Source: Ostreococcus lucimarinus
Lineage: Eukaryota
Length of the DNA: 64,000 nucleotides
Direction: 5' to 3' (one strand)
NCBI GenBank assembly: GCA_000092065.1
Contig: CP000582.1
Below, piece after piece: positions 1 to 8,951 of the stretch. The position numbers and the translations under genes are program-made. The notes beneath the pieces are model-generated. The model saw nothing but the letters and a program-made list of their open reading frames with translations. It was not told the DNA's origin and searched no databases. Position 1 is the first letter of the stretch, and every line of letters begins with the position of its first letter.

Positions 1-603
1 AGCGATGCATCACATTCTGGATCTTTTCGGTATCCTCCCCGCGTGGTGCGAACACCGATCGTTGAGACCAAACTTAGCAGGTGCGCTTCACTGTACTTCG
101 ACATACGCCCGCTGATAGTACGGGCGTCGGTCTCAAACAATTCAATTTATTTATTGACGAGAAGAGGCGTACACCACGAGTGGGGCGCTACCTATGTCGA
201 CACGCCGTGAGCACGACACAGTTTTGACAGTTCAATTCAAATTTTTGTCACCAGTTTGGCATTTTGAAAAAAGGTTTTTCCGGGTGTTCGGGGAGGGCAG
301 TTATGTTATGAGCGGATGTTTTCACACGCCACCAGGTGAGTTTTGTGGAGCACATTTGTCGAGTTATGACTCAAGAATGACCCCGAGCTATGTACATTCA
401 ATTCTCTTAGACTCCGCGCGTATGAATAAGCACGCACGACATCGACGCGACCTACAAACCCAAGGTTTCTCAAAACCCTGGGTGGTTCCAGTCCAACTGG
501 AGGTCTACGGCGGAAGGGAGGCTGTGAAGACGCGTCAGTCGAATCAGACGAAAGTCAACACGTGCGAGCCGGTAACGATTGACAGGTCGAAAGCATCAAA
601 GCG

Positions 604-1893
604 ATGTTGGCTACGAAGTATTCATTGACTGAGCATAGACGAATGCAGATCAGCCTCGGTGCGAGCAAGCGTTCTATACAGTGCACTGGAGTCCGTCGTG
701 CGAGACAGAGGGGTATCGTAGCAGCGAATCCAAATCCTTCCTTCAGTTTGAAGACTTTGAAAGTAAATGTTGCAAAAGCTGTTGTAGATTTGGCTCCAGG
801 AGAAGCGGGTTTGAGGCTTCTATCACGGGCTTTTCCTTCAAAGATTCGCGGTACCTTCGATGGTCTCTTATCTAGTTATAAAAGTCAGCTATTAGTGGCT
901 TTAGGTGATGACGATCGAGCTGCCACTGCCGTCACGAGTATATTCAAAGACATGATTAAGGCTTACGCAGAGCAACTTCTTGGAGAGTCGTATACGTTCC
1001 CTTCTTTTCACCGAGCAATTCGCGAGCCTTTTGACTACTATCAGATGGCCAACGCATACATCGGCTCGTTGATCGACTTCGACCGATCAATCCTTCGGTA
1101 TTCATCAAGGTGGTCAAAGGTGCAACAACAGCTAGAAGCCGGTGAAAATGTCGTATTTTTGGGAAATCATCAGAGCGAGGGGGACGCTGCTTTTATCCCG
1201 CTCCTTACCGAAGTGTCCCACCCGGGCCTTGGCGAGCAAGTCATTTATGTCGCAGGCGGACGCGTTGTGAGTGATCTGCTCGCCAAACCTTTCAGCATGG
1301 GGAAAAATTTGTTGTGCGTTGTTTCAAAAAAGCACATGGACGAAGATGCGGCAAAAAAATCAGCACAAATGAAACAAAATCTCACCACACTGAAAGAAAT
1401 GCAATTGTTGTTAAACAAAGGTGGTGCCTTGATATGGATCGCACCTGCAGGTGGTCGGGATCGGCGCAAGCCAGATGGTACCTTAATTCCAGATGAATTT
1501 GATCCCCAAGCAGTTGAGATGATGCGTAAACTTGGGACAAAGAAAACGTCTGCGCTTACACATTTTTATCCTTTGGCTATGGCTACATACGATATAATGC
1601 CTCCCCCTGCCACTACAGAAAAGGAGCTTGGTGAAAAACGTGTTGTCAACTATACCGGAGTTGGCTTATCTTTGGGCGAGGAAATCGACGTTTCAGATGC
1701 AGGAGAGTGGCGAAAAGAAATAGCTGCTGGCGAGGACATGGACGAGGCGAAGCAACTTTCCACTTACATTTGGCGTCAAGTTCTATCAGAATACTTGGAA
1801 ATAGATGCCTGCAATGTTCCCGGGGGGGAGACTCTCCCTCTTCCTGCGGATAGCTTGAGACCGGTGAGGCCACCCTCTGTCCCAAAATTCTGA
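604..1893 (+). CDS. ATS1: Plastid-type glycerol-3-phosphate acyltransferase (soluble GPAT), apparently single exon with an N-terminal transit-peptide-like extension
   Basis: The 429-aa ORF aligns along most of its length to plant ATS1 as I remember it: FLGNHQSEGDAAFI (the H(x)4D acyltransferase box, NHQSEAD in plants), IWIAPAGGRDR (IAPSGGRDR), FHRAIREPFDYY and MPPP. The N-terminus is Ser/Arg/Thr-rich. Confidence 0.85.
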   Translation: MLATKYSLTEHRRMQISLGASKRSIQCTGVRRARQRGIVAANPNPSFSLKTLKVNVAKAVVDLAPGEAGLRLLSRAFPSKIRGTFDGLLSSYKSQLLVALGDDDRAATAVTSIFKDMIKAYAEQLLGESYTFPSFHRAIREPFDYYQMANAYIGSLIDFDRSILRYSSRWSKVQQQLEAGENVVFLGNHQSEGDAAFIPLLTEVSHPGLGEQVIYVAGGRVVSDLLAKPFSMGKNLLCVVSKKHMDEDAAKKSAQMKQNLTTLKEMQLLLNKGGALIWIAPAGGRDRRKPDGTLIPDEFDPQAVEMMRKLGTKKTSALTHFYPLAMATYDIMPPPATTEKELGEKRVVNYTGVGLSLGEEIDVSDAGEWRKEIAAGEDMDEAKQLSTYIWRQVLSEYLEIDACNVPGGETLPLPADSLRPVRPPSVPKF

Positions 1894-2021
1894 GCAAACT
1901 GCAGTTTTGACGACACAGTACATGATATGCAACTGAGAAGTACTTCTGTAGTCCTCGCCACGCACTCAACAATTGAGGTGCACATTATGTGATGTCATTT
2001 ATTATAAAATTCATCGATCTT

Positions 2022-2549
2022 TCACGTAGCTTCGCGTAATTTTACATGTGTAGCTGAAAGTGCTTGTTCAAAAGCGCTCAGCAGCGAATATAAAGTGAAG
2101 TCCTGTTTCGCCAAATCCACTTCACCCGCCGGAGTCACGAGAAACAAATTACCCAATGTCGATTCGCAAGCCCTCAGCTCTTCTTCATAAGACCGAGCGA
2201 CGCTTTTAAGATAGTCTAGCGGACTTTCATGACATGTTACAGGCACCTTCAAGCTTTGGGATCCCTGTGTTGATAGATGTGAGCGGATGCTCTCGAGGGT
2301 TGCCCATGCTCGTTGAGACCCCTTGCTCTGATGTGCACACCTTTCTACCTGAAGTTGGAGCGCCGTTTCTTTCCTACCTATACATACTTTCGCCGCCGAC
2401 AAAAGACGTCGCGTCAGGTCAAGGGAGTGTTCTAGTTTGGGCACATCAGACGCTGTCGCTCTCCACGAGCACGGATCGAACAAGTTCGCTTGCGCGCTCG
2501 TTCGAGATAATACATCATCCACTTGAGAAACGTAAACCGCGTGTAGCAT
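2022..2549 (-). CDS. Hypothetical protein (175-aa ORF, no recognisable domain)
   Basis: The ORF sits between ATS1 and the tRNA pair. No motif was recognised. Confidence 0.25.
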   Translation of the reverse strand: MLHAVYVSQVDDVLSRTSAQANLFDPCSWRATASDVPKLEHSLDLTRRLLSAAKVCIGRKETALQLQVERCAHQSKGSQRAWATLESIRSHLSTQGSQSLKVPVTCHESPLDYLKSVARSYEEELRACESTLGNLFLVTPAGEVDLAKQDFTLYSLLSAFEQALSATHVKLREAT

Positions 2550-2741
2550 CGCTAGGAGTGTGTAGTAAGGAAGAGTAGAACAGCGGACCCGCGCGGGCTA
2601 CAGCGTCTGTAGAGAGCCCGTTCCGAACGGAACGGGCCTTTGTTTTTTCTCGTGCTGTCGCGCCGGGTTTCCATAGTTCCTTGACGCATTGCGTTTGTAT
2701 GTGTACAAATCTTGTACTAAGTACTGAAAAAGTAAAAAGTC

Positions 2742-2748
2742 AAAAAAA
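2742..2748 (-). terminator. Pol III T-run terminator of tRNA-Leu (T7 on the minus strand)
   Basis: An A7 run on the plus strand gives T7 on the minus strand, 2 nt past the tRNA 3' end. Confidence 0.55.
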
Positions 2749-2750
2749 GT

Positions 2751-2830
2751 TGACACCGGTGGGATTTGAACCCACGCTCTTTCGAACCAGGACCTGAACC
2801 TGGCGCCTTAGACCACTCGGCCACAGTGTC
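2751..2830 (-). tRNA. tRNA-Leu (anticodon CAG), type II with long variable arm, 80 nt
   Basis: The reverse complement is GACACTGTGGCCGAGTGGTCTAAGGCGCCAGGTTCAGGTCCTGGTTCGAAAGAGCGTGGGTTCAAATCCCACCGGTGTCA. It has a 7-bp acceptor stem with one G-U pair, the D-arm GCCGAGTGGTCTAAGGC, the anticodon loop TTCAGGT (CAG, G37), a 12-nt variable arm and the T-arm TGGGTTCAAATCCCA. It closely resembles plant nuclear tRNA-Leu(CAG). Confidence 0.9.
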
Positions 2831-2919
2831 TTTTCGCCACAATGGCGCGGATCGTACAATAAATAGCGCACCGTGCGCGCGATTCATATCTATAGCAGGG
2901 GGTTTTTCGGCGAACAAGC

Positions 2920-2992
2920 GCTCAATTAACTCAGTGGATAGAGTGTCAGCTTCCTAAGCTGAGGGTCGCGGGTTCGATCCCCGTATTGAGTG
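2920..2992 (+). tRNA. tRNA-Arg (anticodon CCT), 73 nt
   Basis: The sequence is GCTCAATTAACTCAGTGGATAGAGTGTCAGCTTCCTAAGCTGAGGGTCGCGGGTTCGATCCCCGTATTGAGTG. The D-arm is ACTC/AGTGGATA/GAGT. The anticodon stem TCAGC/GCTGA carries the loop TTCCTAA (CCT). The T-arm is GCGGG-TTCGATC-CCCGT. The acceptor is GCTCAAT/ATTGAGT with a G1-U72 wobble. It is divergent from tRNA-Leu, 89 bp away. Confidence 0.8.
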
Positions 2993-2995
2993 ACA

Positions 2996-3029
2996 TCTCT
3001 TTCTTTTTTTTTCTTTTTTTTCTTTTTCG
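2996..3029 (+). terminator. T/CT-rich tract (T9, T8, T5 runs) immediately 3' of tRNA-Arg, probably a Pol III terminator
   Basis: The tract reads tctttctttttttttcttttttttctttttc and starts 4 nt after the tRNA 3' end. Confidence 0.55.
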
Positions 3030-3107
3030 TGAAAAATGAAATGGCGACGACTGCGTGGCTGCACTTTCGTCTGGTGCGCTATATTTTGTTATTTATTTCG
3101 CTATTTA

Positions 3108-3238
3108 TCAGTATGTATTACTTTCCAGGCTCTAATGTATGGGGTCTCGATCGCCACGCGCGCGTTGTGGCGTCGTCGCGAGTTATTAGCACTTCGACGG
3201 CGCGCACGTATAAGGCCCGGGAAAGTGATAATGATTAA
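3108..3238 (+). mobile_element. Degenerate copy of a Stowaway-like (Tc1/mariner-type) MITE
   Basis: The left end TCAGTATGTATTACTTTCCAGG is preceded by TA. The interior matches the 29872..30004 copy in reverse complement (ggctctaatgtatggggt... cgagttattagcacttcgacgg). The right TIR is decayed (cgggaaagtgataatgattaa). Confidence 0.7.
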
Positions 3239-3247
3239 CCTGGGTTT

Positions 3248-3390
3248 ATAAGTCGCGATGGATGCCGTGCGTGTTTGTCTGATGCATATTCATACGCGCA
3301 ATAGTCTATATATGTATGCTAGGTCGTGTAGTGTAGATAGACGTTAGCACCACTACAATACAGGATTGTGTTCATCTCCGTTCATCTCCA
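3248..3390 (+). repeat. Promoter-proximal repeat family 'B', copy 1 (about 145 bp), directly upstream of PsaL
   Basis: The 22-mer ATAAGTCGCGATGGATGCCGTG is identical to 6591..6612. The downstream segment tttgtctgatgcatattcatacgcg...agtctatatatgtatg...tcgtgtagtgtagata...ctacaatacaggattgtgttc matches the reverse complement of 26925..27064 with substitutions. Confidence 0.6.
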
Positions 3391-3533
3391 GTGTCCACTA
3401 CCAGCACACATTACACAAGTGTATACGACCCCCATGTAGGAGCGCCATAATACGAGGAAAGTTCCGTATCTCGCGCGATCGCTCGGCCGCGATCTCGAGC
3501 AAAACCGTATCTATCGTCAGTTTCGACCTCAAC

Positions 3534-4395
3534 ATGATCCGAACCGTGAACGTGTCGCTCGGCGCGCGCGCCATCCTCGAAGGAAAGGTGAGTGTAACGT
3601 GTTCATCGAAAATTTCGTGACTCGTCGTACTTGCGCTTTGTTACACAGCGTTTTACATAGCTCGCACGACACTAACGACGATTCTTTCGCTTGGTTGCCG
3701 CAGTCTTTGCGACATGAGAGACGCTCGCGAGCGCCCGTGAGCGTGACGAATAATTCGCGGTAGGTAGCAAAAAAGATTATTTTCGTCGAGTACCATGTTC
3801 TTCAATCGAACGTCTGGCCTGTTATCACCACCGCGTAAGCGAAACGTTCGAAACTGACCGCGATCACGCGTGCTTTCTTTTCTTTCACAGAAGACGTTCC
3901 GTCGTTTTGGCCTCTTCCGATAAAGTCCAAATCATTAAACCGATCAATGGTGATCCGTTCATTGGTATGCTTGAAACGCCGGTGACTTCATCGCCGGACG
4001 TGGCGAACTTTCTTTCCAATTTGCCTGCTTATCGCACCGGCGTAGCCCCTCTCCTGAGAGGAGTTGAAGTTGGCCTCGCTCACGGCTTCTTCCTTACCGG
4101 ACCTTTCATCAAGCTTGGCCCGCTTCGCTCGACCGATGCGGCTGAGTTGGCGGGTTGCCTGTCTGGTGCTGGCCTTGTGCTTATTTTGACGGCTTGCTTG
4201 AGCATCTATGGAGCGACTGCGTTCCAAAGGGAGGAAGTGGTTGGCTTGAAAACTTTAAGTGGTAGAGCCATCGCTAAAGATCCTTTACAATCATCTGACG
4301 GCTGGGCCTCTTTCACTTCTGGCTGGCTTGTCGGAGGTTTGTCTGGCGTCGCCTGGTCGTATGTTTTGACTCAAGTGTTACCGTACTACTCGTGA
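3534..4395 (+). CDS. psaL: Photosystem I reaction centre subunit XI (PsaL), nuclear-encoded precursor, 2-3 exons
   Basis: The mature region (3891..4395) reads [27 protein letters not shown]...[37 protein letters not shown], the PsaL signature. The acceptor is tttcttttctttcacag at 3889/3890. The proposed exon 1 is ATG 3534..3587 ([18 protein letters not shown]) with a perfect AAG|GTGAGT donor. Phase bookkeeping implies an extra micro-exon at 3791..3834 (acceptor cgag|, donor CGC|GTAAGC). The stop codon TGA is at 4393. Confidence 0.85.
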
Positions 4396-4628
4396 GCCTG
4401 TTGCGCGTAGAGTGTTTTTCAAAGATGCCACAAGCACATGCGCACGTACTTATAGTCATCATCCTACTAGACGTGTGATAAAATGACATGTAACCGCCAC
4501 GCTTTGAACGAACGTATGATAAAATCGCCAACAAGAATACACTGAGAGTTGCGAACTATGTGAGCAGCAACTATCTGCGAGTTCATCTGCGAGTTCACGC
4601 TAAAGTGAAGCAACAACGACAAAGTAAA

Positions 4629-6144
4629 TTAAGAAAGCTGAGAGCACTCGCTCGCACCCATGGGGCAAGACACACTCACAATCGAAAGATACTTATGCAA
4701 GATAGAAAGCCGAAAAAAAGTATGATCTTTGTAGTGCATGTAAATTTTTGCCTTTTGCTGTTTTCCGTGCAAGCGCACCTCAGCAACAGGAGCCCATAAA
4801 GCATAAACTGAGAATAGCAGGAAGAAAAGTCTACACGGTATATGAGATGAAGCCATCAAAAGAGAAGAGCAAAGTCGCCCACCCGATTACTAAAGATGCC
4901 CCAACCGTTGGAAGAATGAATACGTGTCTCGTCCTCAGCAAAATGCAACTGATGACAACCAGTCCCCACAAGGCAAATACACCACTCCTGGGAAATCAGT
5001 TGATACTCAAAAAAACTAGGTGTACTTTTCATGTCTCGTACCTTCCGTGATAAATAACTAAAACATGCGGTAAGCTGGCTTTACCATCGCCGTGTAGGAT
5101 AACGAGCGTAGCTAAAAACACTAACACGTAGCTCTCCAATCTGTTCACCACCGATTGAAGATAAGGTGATTTCATGTGGCCTAGTAATTGATAGTAATAT
5201 CTTCGGATAGTATGAACAAACGCTCGTCCCTGTGTGGCGCCTTTGGTCAACTTAGTTACGTAAAATGCCGTTCGAATCACAACCGACAGCTTGTTTGATA
5301 ATTTTGACTTCGACGAACAATATCACGACCAAGATCGTGAAGCAGAACCGCGAGAGTTTAACGGAGATTTTGTTGTTACAAGGTTTACTCATCATTTTTG
5401 AAATATTCTAGCAAAGGAAAACGATCAAACTTGTACTTTTTGTGAACGGCACTCGAGCTCACAAAATTTGGAATTGGGTCCTCCACCACTGTCGAATACC
5501 AAGCAATGAAAAGATGAATCACCGCGTCGTTATCAGAATCGTGTCGTGTGTAATATTGCATCGTGCTCCCTCCAATCACAATCTGTCGGATTCAGAACAA
5601 CTGTCCGTTGGGGATCGTGACAGCTTTTTAACAACTCAAAGTTTCTCGCAGTGCCTATGACCTTTTTTATGAAACCAACCAAATCTACATTGAATGGGTC
5701 GGAGCTCATGCAACTGATAAGTAGCGCACACCTAATTATGTAGAAATCTATGCTATCTTCTCCAAACTTATAGCTACTTAAACTGTAGATCTTCGGCAAA
5801 AGTTCTGTGGTTAGAGTGCAAAAGTTGACTGTTTCAAGAAGTATCAGTTCAAGTTCACCCATCTCGTCGGAGAATTCAACTAGACTTAAGCGACATGGTG
5901 AAAGGTAGAAGGGTAGCGGAGTTGGGTCTTTTGAAACCATTTCAGTGAGTGCGACGTACATTTCGTATAATTTTGTGCAGCAGATAGTTTCGTGCCCGAT
6001 AGCCTTGCTTGCAACGAGAACAGAAGACGCTGTGACTAGTAAAGGACAGTGGGTTACCCATCGTTCGTCGTGTAATCTCCAGAAAAAAGCTGCAGCTGTT
6101 CCAAATAATAGAACTTTTGAGTCAAAGTGCAAGTGAAGGGGCAC
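4629..6144 (-). CDS. Multi-exon gene for an uncharacterised, probably membrane, protein (fragmented ORFs 4629..4859, 5029..5280, 5385..5579, 5533..6144)
   Basis: A run of same-strand ORFs with hydrophobic stretches lies between them. I could not assign a family and the exon boundaries are not resolved. Confidence 0.3.
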
Positions 6145-6590
6145 TTTGCAGTCTCGTTGTTAGTACACGTTCAGCAAAAGTTTTGAATGACACTCACTTT
6201 CTTCTTCCAGCAACAAGGAAAGAAGCTTACACAGACATAACCGTCGTGTAAACCGTAGCTCTTCTGATGTCGAAGGTCCTCCCAACATTTTCTTCTTCGA
6301 AAACTTTTCTTGGAAAGGAAAACGACACACGAATCACGCCCGCACGATATTGATGATTACTGTAGTTCGGACCATGGGCGATTGTGTATTCGAACTAAGT
6401 GACAGTCGCCGCCGCTTACGTGCGGTGAAGTCAATTGGTAGACGGATGAGTACAGTGGATTCGATTCCTTGTTCGCATGCACGCTTTTATCTTACGCATC
6501 GCTCGACGTCGATGCGGCTTTCAGCAGGCAAGTAAGCAACGACGTGGTCCGCGAACCGCCGTGAACATTGATGCGGGGATGTATTTAGGC

Positions 6591-6700
6591 ATAAGTCGCG
6601 ATGGATGCCGTGTTTTAGGGTTTAGGATTTAGTGCTTGTCTGGTAGGTTATGATCACGTACATGATACGGCCGAAGAGTGATTATATATTGCATTGTACA
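6591..6700 (+). repeat. Promoter-proximal repeat family 'B', copy 2 (partial), upstream of the KDEL receptor gene, with an embedded TTTAGGG-type telo-box
   Basis: ATAAGTCGCGATGGATGCCGTG at 6591..6612 is identical to 3248..3269. It is followed by TTTTAGGGTTTAGGATTTAG (6613..6632) and gcttgtctggtaggttatgatcac, which resembles gtttgtctgatgcatattcatac in copy 1. Confidence 0.55.
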
Positions 6701-6977
6701 AGTACATTAGCTAGCTAGTACTAGCTCTAGTACCTTGAGTATCTTGAGCAACTACAGTGGGGCTGAAAGTGGAACAAGAAACCGGTCGTTTGTTACCCGT
6801 GAATGGTCTTTTCTTTGCACACATGCGCGTGGAGAGCAGAGCTACCTCGCTTCATTCCCACTTCGCTCAATTCACGCGCGAATCGTTCGCGTGCCTGCTC
6901 GCCAGTATTTGTCTTAGGGGCGCGCCCGCTCGTTCAACGCTACGGCCACAGTCACAAATATCTTCCAAGGTCACGAG

Positions 6978-7790
6978 ATGAACATTTTTCGGTTCGGTGA
7001 GTGGCGTTGGCGTCGTCACTTGAGACCATCTTCCTGTTTTTCGCCGTTTCTTTTTTCCATTCCAATCATGTAGCGAGAATAACATCTTTGTTCGTTGAAA
7101 CAGCCGGTGACATGACGCACCTGTGTAGCATAGTCGTAAGTTGAACGCAATTGAGTTGTATACCTTGACGGACGACTCACTCGATCTCCTTAGGTTCTTC
7201 TGTTGAAAATAGAGGCGACGAAATCGTGTGCTGGAGTTTCGTTGAGGACTCAGGAACTATACGCCGTCGTTTTCGTGAGTAGGTACTTGGATTTGTTTTT
7301 CACTTTCATCTCAGTGTACAACACTGTTATGAAAGTCTTCTTTATTACCAGCAGCTTCTGTATAATATGGTACATGCGGCATCATAGGATAGTATCACAG
7401 ACGTATGATCGTGAACAGGACACATTTCGTGTCGCATTTCTCGTTGTACCGTGCATTTTCCTTGCACTGCTGGTCAACCACGAATTCTCCATGGTGGAAG
7501 TGTTGTGGACTTTTTCAATTTACTTGGAATCGGTCGCGATCTTACCGCAGCTCATCTTGCTGCAGCGGACATTTAATGTTGATACACTGACCAGCAACTA
7601 TGTCTTCTTGTTGGGCGCATATCGCGCCTTGTACATATTAAACTGGCTGTATCGGTATTTTACAGAGCCGGGATATTCACAGTGGATAGTCTGGAGCAGT
7701 GGAACTTTGCAAACTGCGATTTATTGCGACTTTTTCTACTACTATGTCGTGAGTTGGCGAAAAAATGAACGCCTGTCGCTACCTAGTTGA
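6978..7790 (+). CDS. ERD2: ER lumen protein-retaining receptor (KDEL receptor/ERD2), 3 exons
   Basis: Exon 1 is 6978..6996 (MNIFRF-G, donor G|GTGAGT). Exon 2 is 7104..7135 (A-GDMTHLCSIV, acceptor aacag|, donor GTC|GTAAGT). Exon 3 is 7194..7790 (VLLLKIEATKSCAGVSLRTQELYAVVFVSRYLDLF...LWTFSIYLESVAILPQL...YRALYILNWLYRY). All intron phases are consistent. The protein matches the KDELR family along its whole length. Confidence 0.9.
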
Positions 7791-8951
7791 CGCTTGTTGT
7801 GATCGTTTGTCGAAACAGCGTGAGATATCATGACACTGTTGAAAATATATAAGAAAGATGTCGGAAATAATTTTACGTAATTTTCTAACTCTGCGAAAAG
7901 GACCTGATTCGTTCATCCGCTGTGCGAATCCGATGATCGCACCGATCACTCTCTCGACTTTGAGCATAGCCACCCGAAGTGGATGGATGCATCGCCCACT
8001 TTCTCTGTGCATTGGTTCTCCTAGACCGTTGAAGAGCCGTATTTATTTAATTAATCAAATGTAATCAAATGTTTCACGCGAACTTCTCAAAATGGAGATG
8101 AAAGCGACTCGTGCGAATGATTCGTAGTGGCTATTCCAAGGCCATACTGGCCCATGGTATTCCTTGCCGACAATCAACTAACGGTGGTCACGGCAATTTC
8201 GCTATAGCCGATTCTTGTATTGCATGAATAAGGTTGTATTAAATTTAATTTAAGTGATCTGAGCACACTCAATACTCGCCTAGTTTTACCAACAACAGAA
8301 ATAGCACTCTTCGAGCTATACGCCGCACGACTTCACCACACATTGAAAAATTTGTCATACGTGTAACTAAACTTGGTGAACATTCAGTAGCACAATTAAC
8401 AAATTAATTTAATTAATTCATGAACTCCTGCTTGCTTGCGCGAAGTACATCATTGGTCGCTTAGCGCAAGCAGTCGCTCGCGCGCGCGAAGACATTTGAG
8501 CTTGCAATGGGTGAAGAACGACTATGGAACGTCGGGCGCTCCTTTTACTAATATTTTTTCTCTCAACTGAAATTATTTCAAAATATCAACCGAGTTTGAG
8601 TAAAATGAACATCTTTCACTCCGTTGCCCTTGAACAAGTTTTACGAAAATAGCCATTGATTGTGAGAGGATGCCGCACAAATATCGAACGTGATACATGC
8701 CTCGCACGGATAGTCTGAGTTTGCTTACTATAAAACTACCAAATAAAATAAAAAAACAAGTAATAATTAAAATAGTGAAAAATAGTTTCGCTCGTTCGTT
8801 CTTGTTTGTTACACACACACACGGACAGACACGCACACATCTCAGATACATAAATTGTGGGTAGAAAAATCTTAGGGATACATAACAAGAATACTACGAA
8901 CATTCTAGGGTTAAGTTGTTCAATTTCAACTTGAACGACCGACACTGTGCT

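Noticed and set aside
194-628. 144-aa plus-strand ORF upstream of ATS1
   Set aside because: It has no recognisable domain and an odd composition. It overlaps the ATS1 start region in another frame and is probably 5'UTR or promoter.
3036-3251. ORFs 2990..3238, 3036..3251 and 29757..30227 sharing peptides (CITFQALMYGV, SMYYFPGSNVWG)
   Set aside because: The shared peptides are conceptual translations of the two MITE copies, i.e. repeat DNA and not a gene family.
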